Made by a program: the position numbers and the translations under genes | Assembly: GCA_015062235.1 (NCBI GenBank) | Contig: SUUZ01000006.1 | Span: 11,258 to 75,257, forward strand | Source of the DNA: Alphaproteobacteria bacterium | Lineage (GTDB): Bacteria > Pseudomonadota > Alphaproteobacteria > RF32 > CAG-239 | DNA: 64,000 nucleotides | Direction of reading: 5' to 3' | Shown: positions 1 through 10,240 of the stretch, piece by piece | How positions within the stretch are numbered: position 1 is the stretch's first letter | Layout of the letters: each line of letters opens with the position of its first letter | Notes under the pieces: generated by a model | Database searches by the model: none | Seen by the model: the letters and a program-made list of their open reading frames with translations, nothing else | Told to the model about the DNA's origin: nothing

Positions 1-2
1 TT

Positions 3-422
3 TTGTTGTGCGCTAGATCAGACCATGAAGATTTACACTGGCAATTTCCTCAAGGAGGGGTTGAGGAAGGTGAAGACATAATAGAAGCAGCCAGAAGAGA
101 GCTGTGGGAAGAAACAGGAATAAAGAATGTAAAGTTTGTGTCGAAAATTCCTTTCCTTTTACGATATGATTTTCCAATGGGAGATAAAAAACACTGTTAT
201 TATCCTTATGTAGGACAAGAACAAAGTTGGCTTTTGTTTGAATTTTTTGGCAGTGACAGTGATATTAATTTTGAAGTTGACCCTAAGTGTGTAGAGTTCA
301 AAAAATTTGAATGGGTTGACATAAGTGAGGCTCCAAAAAGAATTGTTGCATTCAAAAAAGATGTATATACACAAGTTGCAAACTATTTTGCTCCAATTAT
401 AAGGAGTTTAAAAAATGAATAA
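3..422 (+). CDS. rppH: NUDIX hydrolase (RNA pyrophosphohydrolase RppH-like), probably 5'-truncated by window edge
   Basis: Nudix box GGVEEGEDIIEAARRELWEETGI near the N-terminus of the ORF. The ORF runs from the window edge. Confidence 0.7.
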   Translation: MLCARSDHEDLHWQFPQGGVEEGEDIIEAARRELWEETGIKNVKFVSKIPFLLRYDFPMGDKKHCYYPYVGQEQSWLLFEFFGSDSDINFEVDPKCVEFKKFEWVDISEAPKRIVAFKKDVYTQVANYFAPIIRSLKNE

Positions 423-954
423 TGATTTTATAAAAGAAAGAGAGTTTGTTTTAGATCTTGCTAAAAAAGGTATAGAAGGAAATATAAAACTTAGTAGACA
501 GCAGAAAAAATATATAAAAAATCTTTTGTTGTTTGCTCTTATGAATGCTTCTGCAAATAGTAGCGTTACTAATAAAAACTTTCTAAAACTAGTAAATAAA
601 CTATTTAAAGGTTTTTTGGTTAAAATAATAAAAGAAAGTCTTGATGATGATGACGACGATATAGAAGAAGCTTTAGATGTTGAATTGAATAAAATTATTG
701 CTAGTGAAAGTTTGTTAAAAATGACAGATTTGCAAGATATTTTTGCACCGAAAAAAATTTTTAGTTTTCTAAAAAATAATACAACAGGTCTATCTCAAAA
801 AGATTTAATAAATCGTTTAACTGCTTTAAGGGATGCTAAGACAAACTATCGTGAAACACCTGAAGAAAGAGAGAAAAGAAAAAACAATCAACGAGAGTTT
901 GAGCTATCTAAAGCAAGGCAAAGAATAATGGTTCGTGATGTAAAAACAAGGTAA
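415..954 (+). CDS. hypothetical protein with poly-Asp tract (DDDDDDIEE)
   Basis: 179-aa ORF overlapping the rppH stop by 8 bp. No recognisable motifs. Lys-rich C-terminus. Confidence 0.4.
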   Translation: MNNDFIKEREFVLDLAKKGIEGNIKLSRQQKKYIKNLLLFALMNASANSSVTNKNFLKLVNKLFKGFLVKIIKESLDDDDDDIEEALDVELNKIIASESLLKMTDLQDIFAPKKIFSFLKNNTTGLSQKDLINRLTALRDAKTNYRETPEEREKRKNNQREFELSKARQRIMVRDVKTR

Positions 955-963
955 CAACATTCG

Positions 964-1662
964 TTATTTAACCGTATCAATAAGGCGATTTAAGTTTTCT
1001 CTCTCAGACTCTTTATATCCTTGAATATTTTCCTCTTTTTCTCCACTCTTTTGGATTGTTTTTTTTATTTTCGGTTGAGCTAGTTTCTCAAATAATTCTA
1101 TAGTTTCGTCATTTTTTTCTTCAGATAGCTCTTTATCGCCATTATCTATATTTGTTGTTCGTTCTTTTATAAGTTTTATTGTTTCTTCAGGAATTAAATC
1201 TTCTATGGGTTTAGCAAAAGATCCTGCTAATTTAAAGTATTTTGATTCTGTTAATATTTCAGATTGTTTATCTTCAGGAATTATCCAATTAACCATTATA
1301 TTAAAAAGAACAACTAGTAAAAAAGCCCTCATAATACCAAAAAACAACCCAAGCAATCTATCCAATCCATTTAGTTTGCTTGTTCGTATTTTACCGATTA
1401 CAGCACTTGTTGAATAAATCCAAATAATAAAAAATAAAATAAATATACATAATGCGGTTAGTATTCCTGCAACAATTCCACTAGATACAAACTTTTTGGT
1501 GAATGGTAAGCAAATAGGAAGTAAATAAATAATAGACATTGTTGCTAAAACCCAACCAACAATAGATAACACTTCTTTTATTAGGCCTCGATTTAGAGCT
1601 ATTAAGGATGAAATAGCAATAACAAACAAAATGATAATATCAAGATTATTTAATTCGTACAT
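964..1662 (-). CDS. cvpA: CvpA family (colicin V production) membrane protein
   Basis: N-terminal multi-TM domain typical of CvpA. Position downstream of radA matches the common radA-cvpA arrangement. Confidence 0.7.
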   Translation of the reverse strand: MYELNNLDIIILFVIAISSLIALNRGLIKEVLSIVGWVLATMSIIYLLPICLPFTKKFVSSGIVAGILTALCIFILFFIIWIYSTSAVIGKIRTSKLNGLDRLLGLFFGIMRAFLLVVLFNIMVNWIIPEDKQSEILTESKYFKLAGSFAKPIEDLIPEETIKLIKERTTNIDNGDKELSEEKNDETIELFEKLAQPKIKKTIQKSGEKEENIQGYKESERENLNRLIDTVK

Positions 1663-1670
1663 TTTTCTTC

Positions 1671-3044
1671 CTAATCAAATAAATTTCTTAATCGTTGAAC
1701 GTTACCAAATTCATAAAGATTTAAATCTATGTTAAATTTTTTATCATTTGATCGCCCTTGAGGTATAATTGCGCTTGAAAATCCTAATTTTTTAGCTTCT
1801 TTTAAGCGTAACGACGGTTGCGAAACAGCTCTAATTTCTCCTGACAAACCTATTTCACCAAAAATTACCATATCTGCAGGTAGGGGCTTATTATTTAATG
1901 AAGAAATCACAGCTAAAGCAACAGCCAAATCCGCAGCGGGTTCTGATATACGTAAACCGCCAGCAATATTAAGATAAACATCTTGAGAACTTAAGTTTAT
2001 ACCACAACGAGCCTCTAAAACAGCTAAAACCATTGATAGTCGATTAGAATCCCACCCAACAACAGCTCTTTTTGGGCTAGCATAACCTGTTGGGCTCACA
2101 AGAGCTTGTATTTCTACCAAAACAGGTCTAGACCCTTCTACACCAGCAAAAACACAAGATCCTGATATATTCCCTTGTCTTTCGGCTAAAAATAATGCTG
2201 ACGGGTTTGCTACTTCCACTAACCCTTTATCTTGCATTTCAAAAACACCTATTTCGTCAGTAGCTCCATATCGGTTTTTAACAGCTCTTAATATTCTGAA
2301 GTGGTGCCCTCTTTCTCCTTCAAAATACAAAACTGTATCAACCATATGCTCTAATACTCGAGGTCCTGCTATTTCACCTTGTTTGGTTACATGACCAACC
2401 AAAAACAAGGTAAAGCCCTTACGTTTAGCCAATTTTATTAGTTCATAACTGCAAGCACGAACTTGAGATACACTGCCTGGAGTTGATTCTATCTCTTCTA
2501 AATACATTGTTTGAATAGAATCTATGACCACAACAGAGGCATTAGCTTTTTCTAATGTTGCAATAATGTCTTTTGTATCTGTGCATGAGGCTAAATTTAC
2601 TGGAGATTTTTCTAAACCAAGTCTTTGAGCTCGTATTCTTACTTGATCAATAGCTTCTTCGCCCGATATATAATAAACATTAGGTTTTTGAGGTAAATCA
2701 GCAACTTTTGAACACGCTTGAAGTAATAGTGTTGATTTTCCTATACCAGGGTCTCCACCAACCAAAATTACCGAACCAGAAACAAGTCCTCCTCCACAAA
2801 CTCGATCTAATTCATTTATTTGTGTTGATAATCTATCGAGCTTTTCTTGAACTCCACTTAAAGAAACAAATTCAATTTCTTTACCTTTTCTTTTATGATA
2901 ATTCATATTTGAAAAACCACCGCCACCTGATATTTCCTCGTTTATGGTATTCCATTCACCACAAGAATCGCATTTACCCTGCCATTTAGGATAAACACTA
3001 CCGCAGTTTTGGCAAACAAACTGTTTAAGTTCTTTTTTAGACAA
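1671..3044 (-). CDS. radA: DNA repair protein RadA/Sms
   Basis: N-terminal C4 zinc finger CQNCGSVYPKWQGKCDSCGEWN. RecA-like Walker A GDPGIGKST. KNRYG motif. Lon-protease-like C-terminal domain. Confidence 0.95.
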   Translation of the reverse strand: MSKKELKQFVCQNCGSVYPKWQGKCDSCGEWNTINEEISGGGGFSNMNYHKRKGKEIEFVSLSGVQEKLDRLSTQINELDRVCGGGLVSGSVILVGGDPGIGKSTLLLQACSKVADLPQKPNVYYISGEEAIDQVRIRAQRLGLEKSPVNLASCTDTKDIIATLEKANASVVVIDSIQTMYLEEIESTPGSVSQVRACSYELIKLAKRKGFTLFLVGHVTKQGEIAGPRVLEHMVDTVLYFEGERGHHFRILRAVKNRYGATDEIGVFEMQDKGLVEVANPSALFLAERQGNISGSCVFAGVEGSRPVLVEIQALVSPTGYASPKRAVVGWDSNRLSMVLAVLEARCGINLSSQDVYLNIAGGLRISEPAADLAVALAVISSLNNKPLPADMVIFGEIGLSGEIRAVSQPSLRLKEAKKLGFSSAIIPQGRSNDKKFNIDLNLYEFGNVQRLRNLFD

Positions 3045-3046
3045 GA

Positions 3047-3811
3047 TTATACTCCTGTTTTTATTGGCCCTTGTGACTGTCCGTTTATAAACTGAACAAC
3101 ATACGGATTTTCCGTTTCATCCATTTCTTTTACGGTTCCTTGCCAAATAATTTCACCTTTATAAAGCATTGCAACTTTATCGGCGATTTTACGAGCTGAT
3201 GCCATATCATGAGTTATTGTTAGAGCTGTGGCGCCAAGCCCTTTGACAGATTCTATAATAAGATCGTTGATAACATCGGCCATAATAGGATCTAAACCTG
3301 TTGTTGGTTCATCAAAAAATATTATTTCTGGTTTTGATATAACAGCTCTTGCTAGACCAACTCTTTTTTGCATGCCGCCAGAAAGTTCTGCTGGAGATAA
3401 ATCAGCGACTTCAGGATCTAAACCGACAGACCTTAACACTCTTATCGCTTCATTTTTAGCATCTTTTTTGCTATATCCCTTGTTTTCAATAAGATCAAAA
3501 GCAACATTCTCCCAAACGCTTAAACTGTCAAAAAGAGCTCCTCCTTGGAATAACATACCCATTTTAGAATGAAGAGCCTCTTTATCATCTTCATCAATAC
3601 CCACAACTTCTTGATCGTCTACAAGTATAGATCCTTCTTCTGGGGTAAGAAGCCCCTGAATACATTTGATTAGAACAGATTTTCCTGTACCAGACCCTCC
3701 TATAACAACCAACGACTCTCCTTTAGCTATATCAAGATTAACTCCTCTAAGAACGTTTTTTTTACCAAAAGACTTATAAACATTTCTCAATTTTATTTTT
3801 GCGCTACTCAT
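3047..3811 (-). CDS. mlaF: ABC transporter ATP-binding protein, MlaF/Ttg2A-like
   Basis: Walker A GGSGTGKS, ABC signature LSGGMQKR, Walker B IIFFDEPTTGLD. 254 aa. Confidence 0.8.
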   Translation of the reverse strand: MSSAKIKLRNVYKSFGKKNVLRGVNLDIAKGESLVVIGGSGTGKSVLIKCIQGLLTPEEGSILVDDQEVVGIDEDDKEALHSKMGMLFQGGALFDSLSVWENVAFDLIENKGYSKKDAKNEAIRVLRSVGLDPEVADLSPAELSGGMQKRVGLARAVISKPEIIFFDEPTTGLDPIMADVINDLIIESVKGLGATALTITHDMASARKIADKVAMLYKGEIIWQGTVKEMDETENPYVVQFINGQSQGPIKTGV

Positions 3812-3822
3812 TTATCATATCC

Positions 3823-4617
3823 TTACCTTGAGAAAAATAGTTCTGTAACTATATAGTTAAATATAAGAATTAAAATAGAAGAAGAAACAACGGCATTTGT
3901 TGTTGCTGTACCAACCCCTTGAGCTCCACCCTTTGATTTGTAACCATTGTAACATCCCATTAAAGCAATTATAAAGCCAAAAACAGCTGCTTTGACAACG
4001 CCTGTTGTAATATCAAGAGCCTGCAAATCATCTAAAGTCGCATTGATGTAATTTGCGGGATTAAAACCTAACTTATAAACACCAACAACATAACCGCCGA
4101 AGATTCCTATAACATCACCAATTAAAACCAATATAGGCATAACAATTAACCCCGCCCAAATACGCGGAGCTACTAAATATTTGAAAGGATTTGTGGATAG
4201 GGTTGTTAGAGCATCTATTTGTTCTGTAACTCTCATGGTTCCTATTTCTGCGGCCATAGCGGCGCCTATTCTACCCGCAACCATTAATGCAGATAGAACT
4301 GGAGCAAGCTCTCTTGTAACAGAAATTAGAACCACACTAGCAACCATACTTTCTGCTCCAACAGATGCAAATCCTGAATAGCTTTGCAATGCTATAACCA
4401 TACCCGCAAAAATAGTTGTTAAACCGACTACTGGTAAAGAATAAAACCCCATATCTATAATTTGACGTATTAAATTTCGCCCATAAAAAGGTGGTGTTAC
4501 ACAGTTGTATATAGATTGAACTATAAATATAAACAATTCCCCAACTTTAAAAATAAAGTTAACTAAGGGCACTCCTTGTCTGCGTAAGAATTTTTCTATT
4601 TTGCGTAAAAAAAACAT
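3823..4617 (-). CDS. mlaE: ABC transporter permease MlaE/Ttg2B-like
   Basis: 264-aa polytopic membrane protein immediately upstream of the mlaF-like gene. Typical MlaE length and hydrophobicity. Confidence 0.75.
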   Translation of the reverse strand: MFFLRKIEKFLRRQGVPLVNFIFKVGELFIFIVQSIYNCVTPPFYGRNLIRQIIDMGFYSLPVVGLTTIFAGMVIALQSYSGFASVGAESMVASVVLISVTRELAPVLSALMVAGRIGAAMAAEIGTMRVTEQIDALTTLSTNPFKYLVAPRIWAGLIVMPILVLIGDVIGIFGGYVVGVYKLGFNPANYINATLDDLQALDITTGVVKAAVFGFIIALMGCYNGYKSKGGAQGVGTATTNAVVSSSILILIFNYIVTELFFSR

Positions 4618-4699
4618 TTTAATATCCTGATATAAAGTTTAATTTTTGTTTTATTCTAATATTTGGAACATAAATAATCAATCGTGATTTTAGAAATCC

Positions 4700-5113
4700 T
4701 CACAGCAAACTTATTGCTGTCAAGAGTTTTGCTGATGCAGAAGCTTCAAAAGGATTTAACTCTATAAAAGGTAATTTTAAATTTTCTATGCTATAATATT
4801 TGTTTTCTGGAAGCCTTTCTATTTTGTCAAGCGTTAAACCAACAACTAAATCTATTTGAGCCTCTGAAATAAAATCTAAGTTTACTATACCTATCCCTCT
4901 AACCTCCATTAATCCCCTTAAATTTATAGGAGCCGAAGCAATTAATTTTTCTCTTATATTTCTTACAATAACCCTATCATCTGCAATTATTTTTGCCTTA
5001 TTCTCAACAATCAATCTTAAGGATAAATCAGATTTACCTGAACCTGATTTTCCGATAAAAAGAACTCCCTTGTTTTTAATTTTTATGGCTGTGGCGTGAA
5101 TATTGGAACTCAT
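4700..5113 (-). CDS. hprK: HPr kinase/phosphorylase C-terminal-domain-like protein (truncated alphaproteobacterial HprK)
   Basis: P-loop GKSGSGKSDLSLRLI and EVRGIGI motif typical of the HprK C-terminal kinase domain. 137 aa. Confidence 0.6.
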   Translation of the reverse strand: MSSNIHATAIKIKNKGVLFIGKSGSGKSDLSLRLIVENKAKIIADDRVIVRNIREKLIASAPINLRGLMEVRGIGIVNLDFISEAQIDLVVGLTLDKIERLPENKYYSIENLKLPFIELNPFEASASAKLLTAISLL

Positions 5114-5574
5114 TTTATTTTTTCTAACCTTTTTATTTTTTCTTCAGACAAAACGTCTACTGTAAAATAACGCCCACTTTCATCAGATGATATTGTTATA
5201 TTAAAAATATCTTTTGGCAACCACTTCCCCGCCTTTTCAGGCCACTCCACCAAAGATATATTTCCATAAATAGCATCTTCAAAGCCTAACTCAAAAACTT
5301 CATCAGAGTGTTTCAATCTATACAAATCAAAATGATAGATATCACAAAAATCAGTTGAATATGTCTGAACAAGAGTAAAAGTAGGGCTGGGTACTTCTTT
5401 TTCGTTTGTTTTTTTCTTTATAAATGCTCGAGCAAAAACACTCTTTCCAACACCCAAAGTACCTTTAAGTGCAAATACATCTCCTGCTTTTGCTATATCA
5501 GCAAACTTTTCCGCTAAAATCGTGGTTTCTTGTTCTGTAACACATTTATATTTTTTTTGCATTTTAACCACCAA
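5110..5574 (-). CDS. tsaE: tRNA threonylcarbamoyladenosine biosynthesis ATPase TsaE (YjeE)
   Basis: Walker-A-like LKGTLGVGKSVFARAFI. Size about 154 aa. 4-bp overlap with the downstream gene. Confidence 0.7.
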   Translation of the reverse strand: MVVKMQKKYKCVTEQETTILAEKFADIAKAGDVFALKGTLGVGKSVFARAFIKKKTNEKEVPSPTFTLVQTYSTDFCDIYHFDLYRLKHSDEVFELGFEDAIYGNISLVEWPEKAGKWLPKDIFNITISSDESGRYFTVDVLSEEKIKRLEKIK

Positions 5575-6529
5575 AAGGATTAAACAAAACCCTACGACGG
5601 GAAGTTGTATCTTTTTTCTTAATTACCTTGATATTTGCTTTGCGATTTTTTATTTTTTGCCAATCCCATGGCATATAAAACTCTCCTTGCCATAATCCTC
5701 TTTTGTTGTTTAATGCTTGATTTTGATAAGGAATGTAGGTTTGTGTTTGACGAATATCGGCCACTGCCCATCCTGAGTTTATTAAAGCTGCTCCAATATC
5801 ATATGGTCCAAGCATGCAGACACCTGTTAATACGCCCCTACTATCTTCTGCTAATATATGGCATTTTATCTGATTATCCGCCAACCAACTATTTAACCAA
5901 GAAATTGATTGCTGTCCACAACGATACCCTCTTCCTGAGGAATCAGCGCATGTTTGCGATATATCTGGCGCGGCAACACCAAAAAATTTAATTATTTTAC
6001 CATTTATCGTTATGGTATCTCCACTAACAATCTTGGAAACACCTATTATTGATGGATATTGTAAGGGATTGAATTTGGATGGTTGTTTTTCTTCTTTTTT
6101 TGAAACAAAACCATCTACAATATTTTCTGATAGAATCGGGTGCTTATCCTCTCCAACTAAATTTACAGTGCCCTCCGTTAAATCCTTTTGATGACCACCT
6201 TCTGTATTTGCAACAACTTCTGATGATGTTTTTATCCCTTGCCCAAGAAATGTTTTTATGTTTTGTTCTATATTATTGATTCCCCCTGAAAAAGCTCCTA
6301 TAGCGTATAAAATAAACAACGTAACAGCAAAAATGATTATCAAAGAAGGAAGACACCCCATAGCTCTCCAAGCCATTTTAGCAAAAATATAAAGCACAAT
6401 AAGCCCTATTATTAAGCCTATAAAACCACCTCCCTGCAACAAAGTGCTATCACTTTGTGTTCCTGCACCTCCAATCAATATGAAAAATAAAGCAGTAATA
6501 CCGAAAATGACTTTTTTAATAAACCCCAT
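5564..6529 (-). CDS. membrane-anchored staphylococcal-nuclease (SNase)-like domain protein
   Basis: N-terminal TM helices. C-terminal region VSGDTITINGKIIKFFGVAAPD...GR.YRCG...GWAVAD resembles the thermonuclease fold pattern. Confidence 0.45.
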   Translation of the reverse strand: MGFIKKVIFGITALFFILIGGAGTQSDSTLLQGGGFIGLIIGLIVLYIFAKMAWRAMGCLPSLIIIFAVTLFILYAIGAFSGGINNIEQNIKTFLGQGIKTSSEVVANTEGGHQKDLTEGTVNLVGEDKHPILSENIVDGFVSKKEEKQPSKFNPLQYPSIIGVSKIVSGDTITINGKIIKFFGVAAPDISQTCADSSGRGYRCGQQSISWLNSWLADNQIKCHILAEDSRGVLTGVCMLGPYDIGAALINSGWAVADIRQTQTYIPYQNQALNNKRGLWQGEFYMPWDWQKIKNRKANIKVIKKKDTTSRRRVLFNPFGG

Positions 6530-6631
6530 TTTAAAACTTCCTTATCGTTTAATTATGCAAAGTAGCATAACATTATCTGTTTTTATAATGCAATTAGATT
6601 AAGTTATTTAGGTAAATATATTATTAAATAA

Positions 6632-6654
6632 AACCCCGTCATCAAACGGGGTTT
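6632..6654. terminator. rho-independent terminator hairpin (AAACCCCGT/ACGGGGTTT) with flanking A/T runs; bidirectional
   Basis: Perfect 9-bp stem with 6-nt loop followed by a T-run. Lies immediately downstream of the 6660-6893 minus-strand gene. Confidence 0.6.
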
Positions 6655-6659
6655 TAAAA

Positions 6660-6893
6660 TTATCCAACTTTTTTACAATAACAATGACAATGACATTCTC
6701 CATCTCTTTCAATATCTGATCGACAAAGTTCTGAAATACAATATCTTTCAGGGTTTTGTCCATCACAAGGACAACGATGCCATTCACTTTCTCCAAACAT
6801 CATTTGTTTTGCATTTGCTATTTTCTGAACATTTTTTGTTGTTGAGTAGCCTGCTTTTTCACAATTTTCTAGCATTTTTTCTAAAATAGTCAT
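6660..6893 (-). CDS. small Cys-rich protein, ferredoxin-thioredoxin-reductase catalytic-subunit-like (CPC...CHC motif)
   Basis: HRCPCDGQNPERYCISELCRSDIERDGECHCHCY matches the CPC-x-C-x-CHC spacing of the FTR catalytic chain. 77 aa. Confidence 0.4.
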   Translation of the reverse strand: MTILEKMLENCEKAGYSTTKNVQKIANAKQMMFGESEWHRCPCDGQNPERYCISELCRSDIERDGECHCHCYCKKVG

Positions 6894-6906
6894 TTTTTAT
6901 CCTTTC

Positions 6907-7881
6907 TTATTCTATAAACTTGATTGAAAACTTTTCTTTTTCATCACCACCCGATTTAAATACAGTGTTTTGTGACATTTTTTCTAACTGTTTCCTTTGG
7001 TTTAATATCTCCACAATCATATCTAATTCTGCTGCTGAAGCATATTGTAAAACCACTTTTCCGCCTCCTTGTTTACTTGGTGAAATTTTTATTCGTAAAC
7101 CTAGCTTTTGTTTTAAAGATTCTTCTATATCCATTAAATCAGTATTTTTAAATAATGATCTGTCATTATCTTTAACTTCCTTATTAGGCGAACTTTTGTT
7201 TCGTTGTTTGGCAACCAATGATTCTACTTGACGAACATTTAAATCCTCTTTTATTATTTTATCAGCCAAAACTTTGGCATTGTCAAGTCCCACCAAACAT
7301 CTAGCATGACCAGCAGATAACTTTCCTGAAGAAACAAGCTCTTTGATATCATCGGGTAGAGACAAGAGACGAAGAGTGTTTGCTACATAACTCCGAGACT
7401 TACCCATTACTCCTGCAATATACTCCTGTGTATGAGAAAAATTATCTATCAATTTTTGATAAGCAATAGCCTCCTCTATTGCCGAAAGATTTTCTCTTAA
7501 AACGTTTTCAATTAAAGCTATTTCTAAAACTTCACCATCTGTTAAATCTTTAATTACAACAGGAACCTCTGTAAGACCAGCCATTTTAGAAGCTCTTAAT
7601 CTTCGCTCTCCAGCAATTAATTCAAAGCCTTTTTCTTTTTTGCGGACAATGAGCGGTTGTAAAACCCCTTTTTCTTTAATAGATTCCGCTAATGATTTTA
7701 TAGCATTATCATCAAATTCTTGACGAGGTTGGTAATTTCCAATAAAAATTTCGTTTATTTTTACTGTATCTCCAAACCTCACAGAAGACAACTCATTATC
7801 TAGAATATCTTCATTCATTTCACCAAGTAAAGCCTCTAAACCCCTTCCGAGACTTTTTTTCTTTTTGTTTTCTTCTAACAT
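6907..7881 (-). CDS. parB: chromosome partitioning protein ParB
   Basis: SLGRGLEALLG N-terminal box. ParB-box region GERRLRAS. HTH. Start chosen at MLEEN, 1 bp after the parA stop; the track ORF extends further upstream. Confidence 0.9.
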   Translation of the reverse strand: MLEENKKKKSLGRGLEALLGEMNEDILDNELSSVRFGDTVKINEIFIGNYQPRQEFDDNAIKSLAESIKEKGVLQPLIVRKKEKGFELIAGERRLRASKMAGLTEVPVVIKDLTDGEVLEIALIENVLRENLSAIEEAIAYQKLIDNFSHTQEYIAGVMGKSRSYVANTLRLLSLPDDIKELVSSGKLSAGHARCLVGLDNAKVLADKIIKEDLNVRQVESLVAKQRNKSSPNKEVKDNDRSLFKNTDLMDIEESLKQKLGLRIKISPSKQGGGKVVLQYASAAELDMIVEILNQRKQLEKMSQNTVFKSGGDEKEKFSIKFIE

Positions 7882-8654
7882 GCTATTAACTCTCTTTCTC
7901 TTTTTAATAGTTCTTTTGTTAACCCTATATATGCCTGAGAACCAGAACATTTAAAATCGTACAATAAAACAGGTTTTCCGTGCGATGGAGCTTCTGAAAT
8001 TTTTACATTTCTAGGAATTACTGTATCATAAACCTTTTTACCAAAAAAACTTCTTACATCATCCTCAACCATTTGAGTTAGATTGTTACGCTTATCGTAC
8101 ATCGTTAACACAACACCATGCAAGGAAAGCTTTGGATTGAAATTTTTCTTTATTATATTAATGTTTCTAATTAAATCAGATATTCCTTCAAGAGCAAGAA
8201 ACTCACACTGTAGAGGAACAATAACGGCATCTGCTGCAACAAGAGCGTTTATGGTAACAAGACTTAAAGAAGGAGGACAATCTATTAAAATATAGTCATA
8301 ATTAACAGCTTCTTTTGATAAGGCGTTTTTTAAAGCAAATTCTCTTTTACTTATATTAACAAGCTCTATTTCTGCAGCAGCCAAATCAGCAGATGAAGGA
8401 ATTATTGAAAAGCCAGGAATTTCTGTCCAAACAATAGCATCTGTCAAACGACATTCTCCAAGTAAAACTTCATATGATGACTTCATAGCCCCTTTTTTAT
8501 TTATTCCCATAGATGTTGATGCGTTACCTTGAGGATCTAAATCAATAACCATAACTTTTTTTCCTGCGGCAGCCATAGCTGTAGCTACATTTATGGTTGT
8601 GGTTGTTTTACCAACACCGCCCTTACGATTCGCAATAGCTAAAATTCTTGGCAT
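7875..8654 (-). CDS. parA: chromosome partitioning ATPase ParA
   Basis: Deviant Walker A NRKGGVGKTTTT. 259 aa. Immediately upstream of parB. Confidence 0.92.
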   Translation of the reverse strand: MPRILAIANRKGGVGKTTTTINVATAMAAAGKKVMVIDLDPQGNASTSMGINKKGAMKSSYEVLLGECRLTDAIVWTEIPGFSIIPSSADLAAAEIELVNISKREFALKNALSKEAVNYDYILIDCPPSLSLVTINALVAADAVIVPLQCEFLALEGISDLIRNINIIKKNFNPKLSLHGVVLTMYDKRNNLTQMVEDDVRSFFGKKVYDTVIPRNVKISEAPSHGKPVLLYDFKCSGSQAYIGLTKELLKRERELIAC

Positions 8655-9278
8655 CTATTTTCTCCCCTTTTTTGAAATATTGTTAATTATTAATATTTTT
8701 CCTTCTTCCGAAACTATGCTTTGAACCACACGACATTTAAAGCGCCAAAATTTATGAGCCTCTGACAGCTCTGACGCGTATTTTTTACCTTTAGGAAAAA
8801 TACAAACCGTATTCTTGTGGCAGAATTTATATGCATATTCAAGCAATTCCTTTAAGGATGCCATTGCACGAGATGTTATAACATCAAAATTCTGCAACGG
8901 AATATTTTCTATTCTATCATTTATTATTGTAACTGGTGTTTTTGTAACATTTGCAACAGCATTTAAAAACAGTGTCTTTTTACGTATACTTTCAACCATA
9001 ACAACATTTAAATACGGCGTTTTTTCACCTGCTATAATAGCTATAACCATAGCAGGGAACCCAGCTCCAGAGCCAAAATCAATTAAACTTTTAGCATTTT
9101 CAGGGATGTACTCAAACAGCTGAGCAGAGTCCTCAAAATGTCTACTCCAAGCATTTTCCATACTTGACTTACTAACCAAATTAAACTTCTTTTGCCACTC
9201 AGCCAGTGTTTGGTTGTAGCTTTTAAGTTTTTCGAAAGTTTCACGTGAAACATTATATTTTTTTATAAAATTCATCAT
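8655..9278 (-). CDS. rsmG: 16S rRNA (guanine527-N7)-methyltransferase RsmG (GidB)
   Basis: SAM-binding DFGSGAGFP motif. 207 aa. Sits in the conserved mnmG-rsmG-parA-parB context. Confidence 0.9.
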   Translation of the reverse strand: MMNFIKKYNVSRETFEKLKSYNQTLAEWQKKFNLVSKSSMENAWSRHFEDSAQLFEYIPENAKSLIDFGSGAGFPAMVIAIIAGEKTPYLNVVMVESIRKKTLFLNAVANVTKTPVTIINDRIENIPLQNFDVITSRAMASLKELLEYAYKFCHKNTVCIFPKGKKYASELSEAHKFWRFKCRVVQSIVSEEGKILIINNISKKGRK

Positions 9279-9409
9279 AAATTATTTTTATATTCTTTAT
9301 AAAAAATTTAAAACACAAAAAAGAGAGTTATAAACACATAAAAACAAAAAAACTAAATTATTTTTTAAATTCAACAAGTTAAACACCATAAATTAATTTC
9401 AACAATTAA

Positions 9410-10240
9410 TTATTTACACAATCTAAAACGATATTTACAGTTGTTTTCTAATAGAAAGTTTTCTACCTCTGAAAAATGGCGCCCTATTTGGGAAACATGA
9501 TGTGAGTCGCAACTAATTATAACAGGTACCTCTCGTAGAATAAGCTCTTTTACTATATTCCAATCAGGAAAAGGTCGCCCTATGCGCTCTATTCCTCCCG
9601 TATTGATTTCAAAGGGTTGTTTTCTAAAAGAGAAAGCATCAATAATTCTATTTTTTACATCATCCCATTCTGGCGTTGTACACAAATTAAACTGGGTGCA
9701 GTAGTCAAAATGAGCTATAAAATCAAAATAACCGCTTTCTATAGCGCCTAGTATATTATCCCAATAACCATTCAAAAGTTCTTGCATGGTGTCTTTGTTA
9801 ATATTTACTGGTAGTTGATTAAGATGATAAATATTACATAAAAAAGATTCGTTAGCAGATCTTATAAAGTGCGATGCGCCAATCAGGTAATCGTAATCTA
9901 AATTTTTTATGATGTTTTCAAACCAATTACGCCATGTTGCTGAAGGAAAAAAGTCGACCTCAAACCCTTTGAAAACTTTAATTTTATGACGCGAAGCAGC
10001 TTCATCAAGCTCATTATACATTTTTTTGTAAATTTCTATTGCTTTTTGAGGGTTGTTAAAAAACATTTTACTAGTGTTTAACGGCACATTAGGATGTACA
10101 CAAAGATGATTACTCACCCCAATTTCTTCAAAACCTAAAGCTTCCGCTTGTGCAATCATTTCTTCGGCGGAACTCTTGCCATCAAAAAAGCCCTGAGAAT
10201 TATTGTGGGTGTGATAACTATATTTTTGAATATTAATCAT
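9410..10240 (-). CDS. PHP-domain phosphoesterase (histidinol-phosphatase HisJ/HisK-like)
   Basis: N-terminal YSYHTHNNSQGFFDG and later GVSNH His-rich metal-binding motifs of the PHP family. Confidence 0.55.
   Translation of the reverse strand: MINIQKYSYHTHNNSQGFFDGKSSAEEMIAQAEALGFEEIGVSNHLCVHPNVPLNTSKMFFNNPQKAIEIYKKMYNELDEAASRHKIKVFKGFEVDFFPSATWRNWFENIIKNLDYDYLIGASHFIRSANESFLCNIYHLNQLPVNINKDTMQELLNGYWDNILGAIESGYFDFIAHFDYCTQFNLCTTPEWDDVKNRIIDAFSFRKQPFEINTGGIERIGRPFPDWNIVKELILREVPVIISCDSHHVSQIGRHFSEVENFLLENNCKYRFRLCK

Noticed and set aside
6608-6796. 62-aa minus-strand ORF from the six-frame track
   Set aside because: It overlaps the better-supported 6660-6893 gene in another frame, runs through the terminator hairpin, and has no motifs. 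It is likely spurious.
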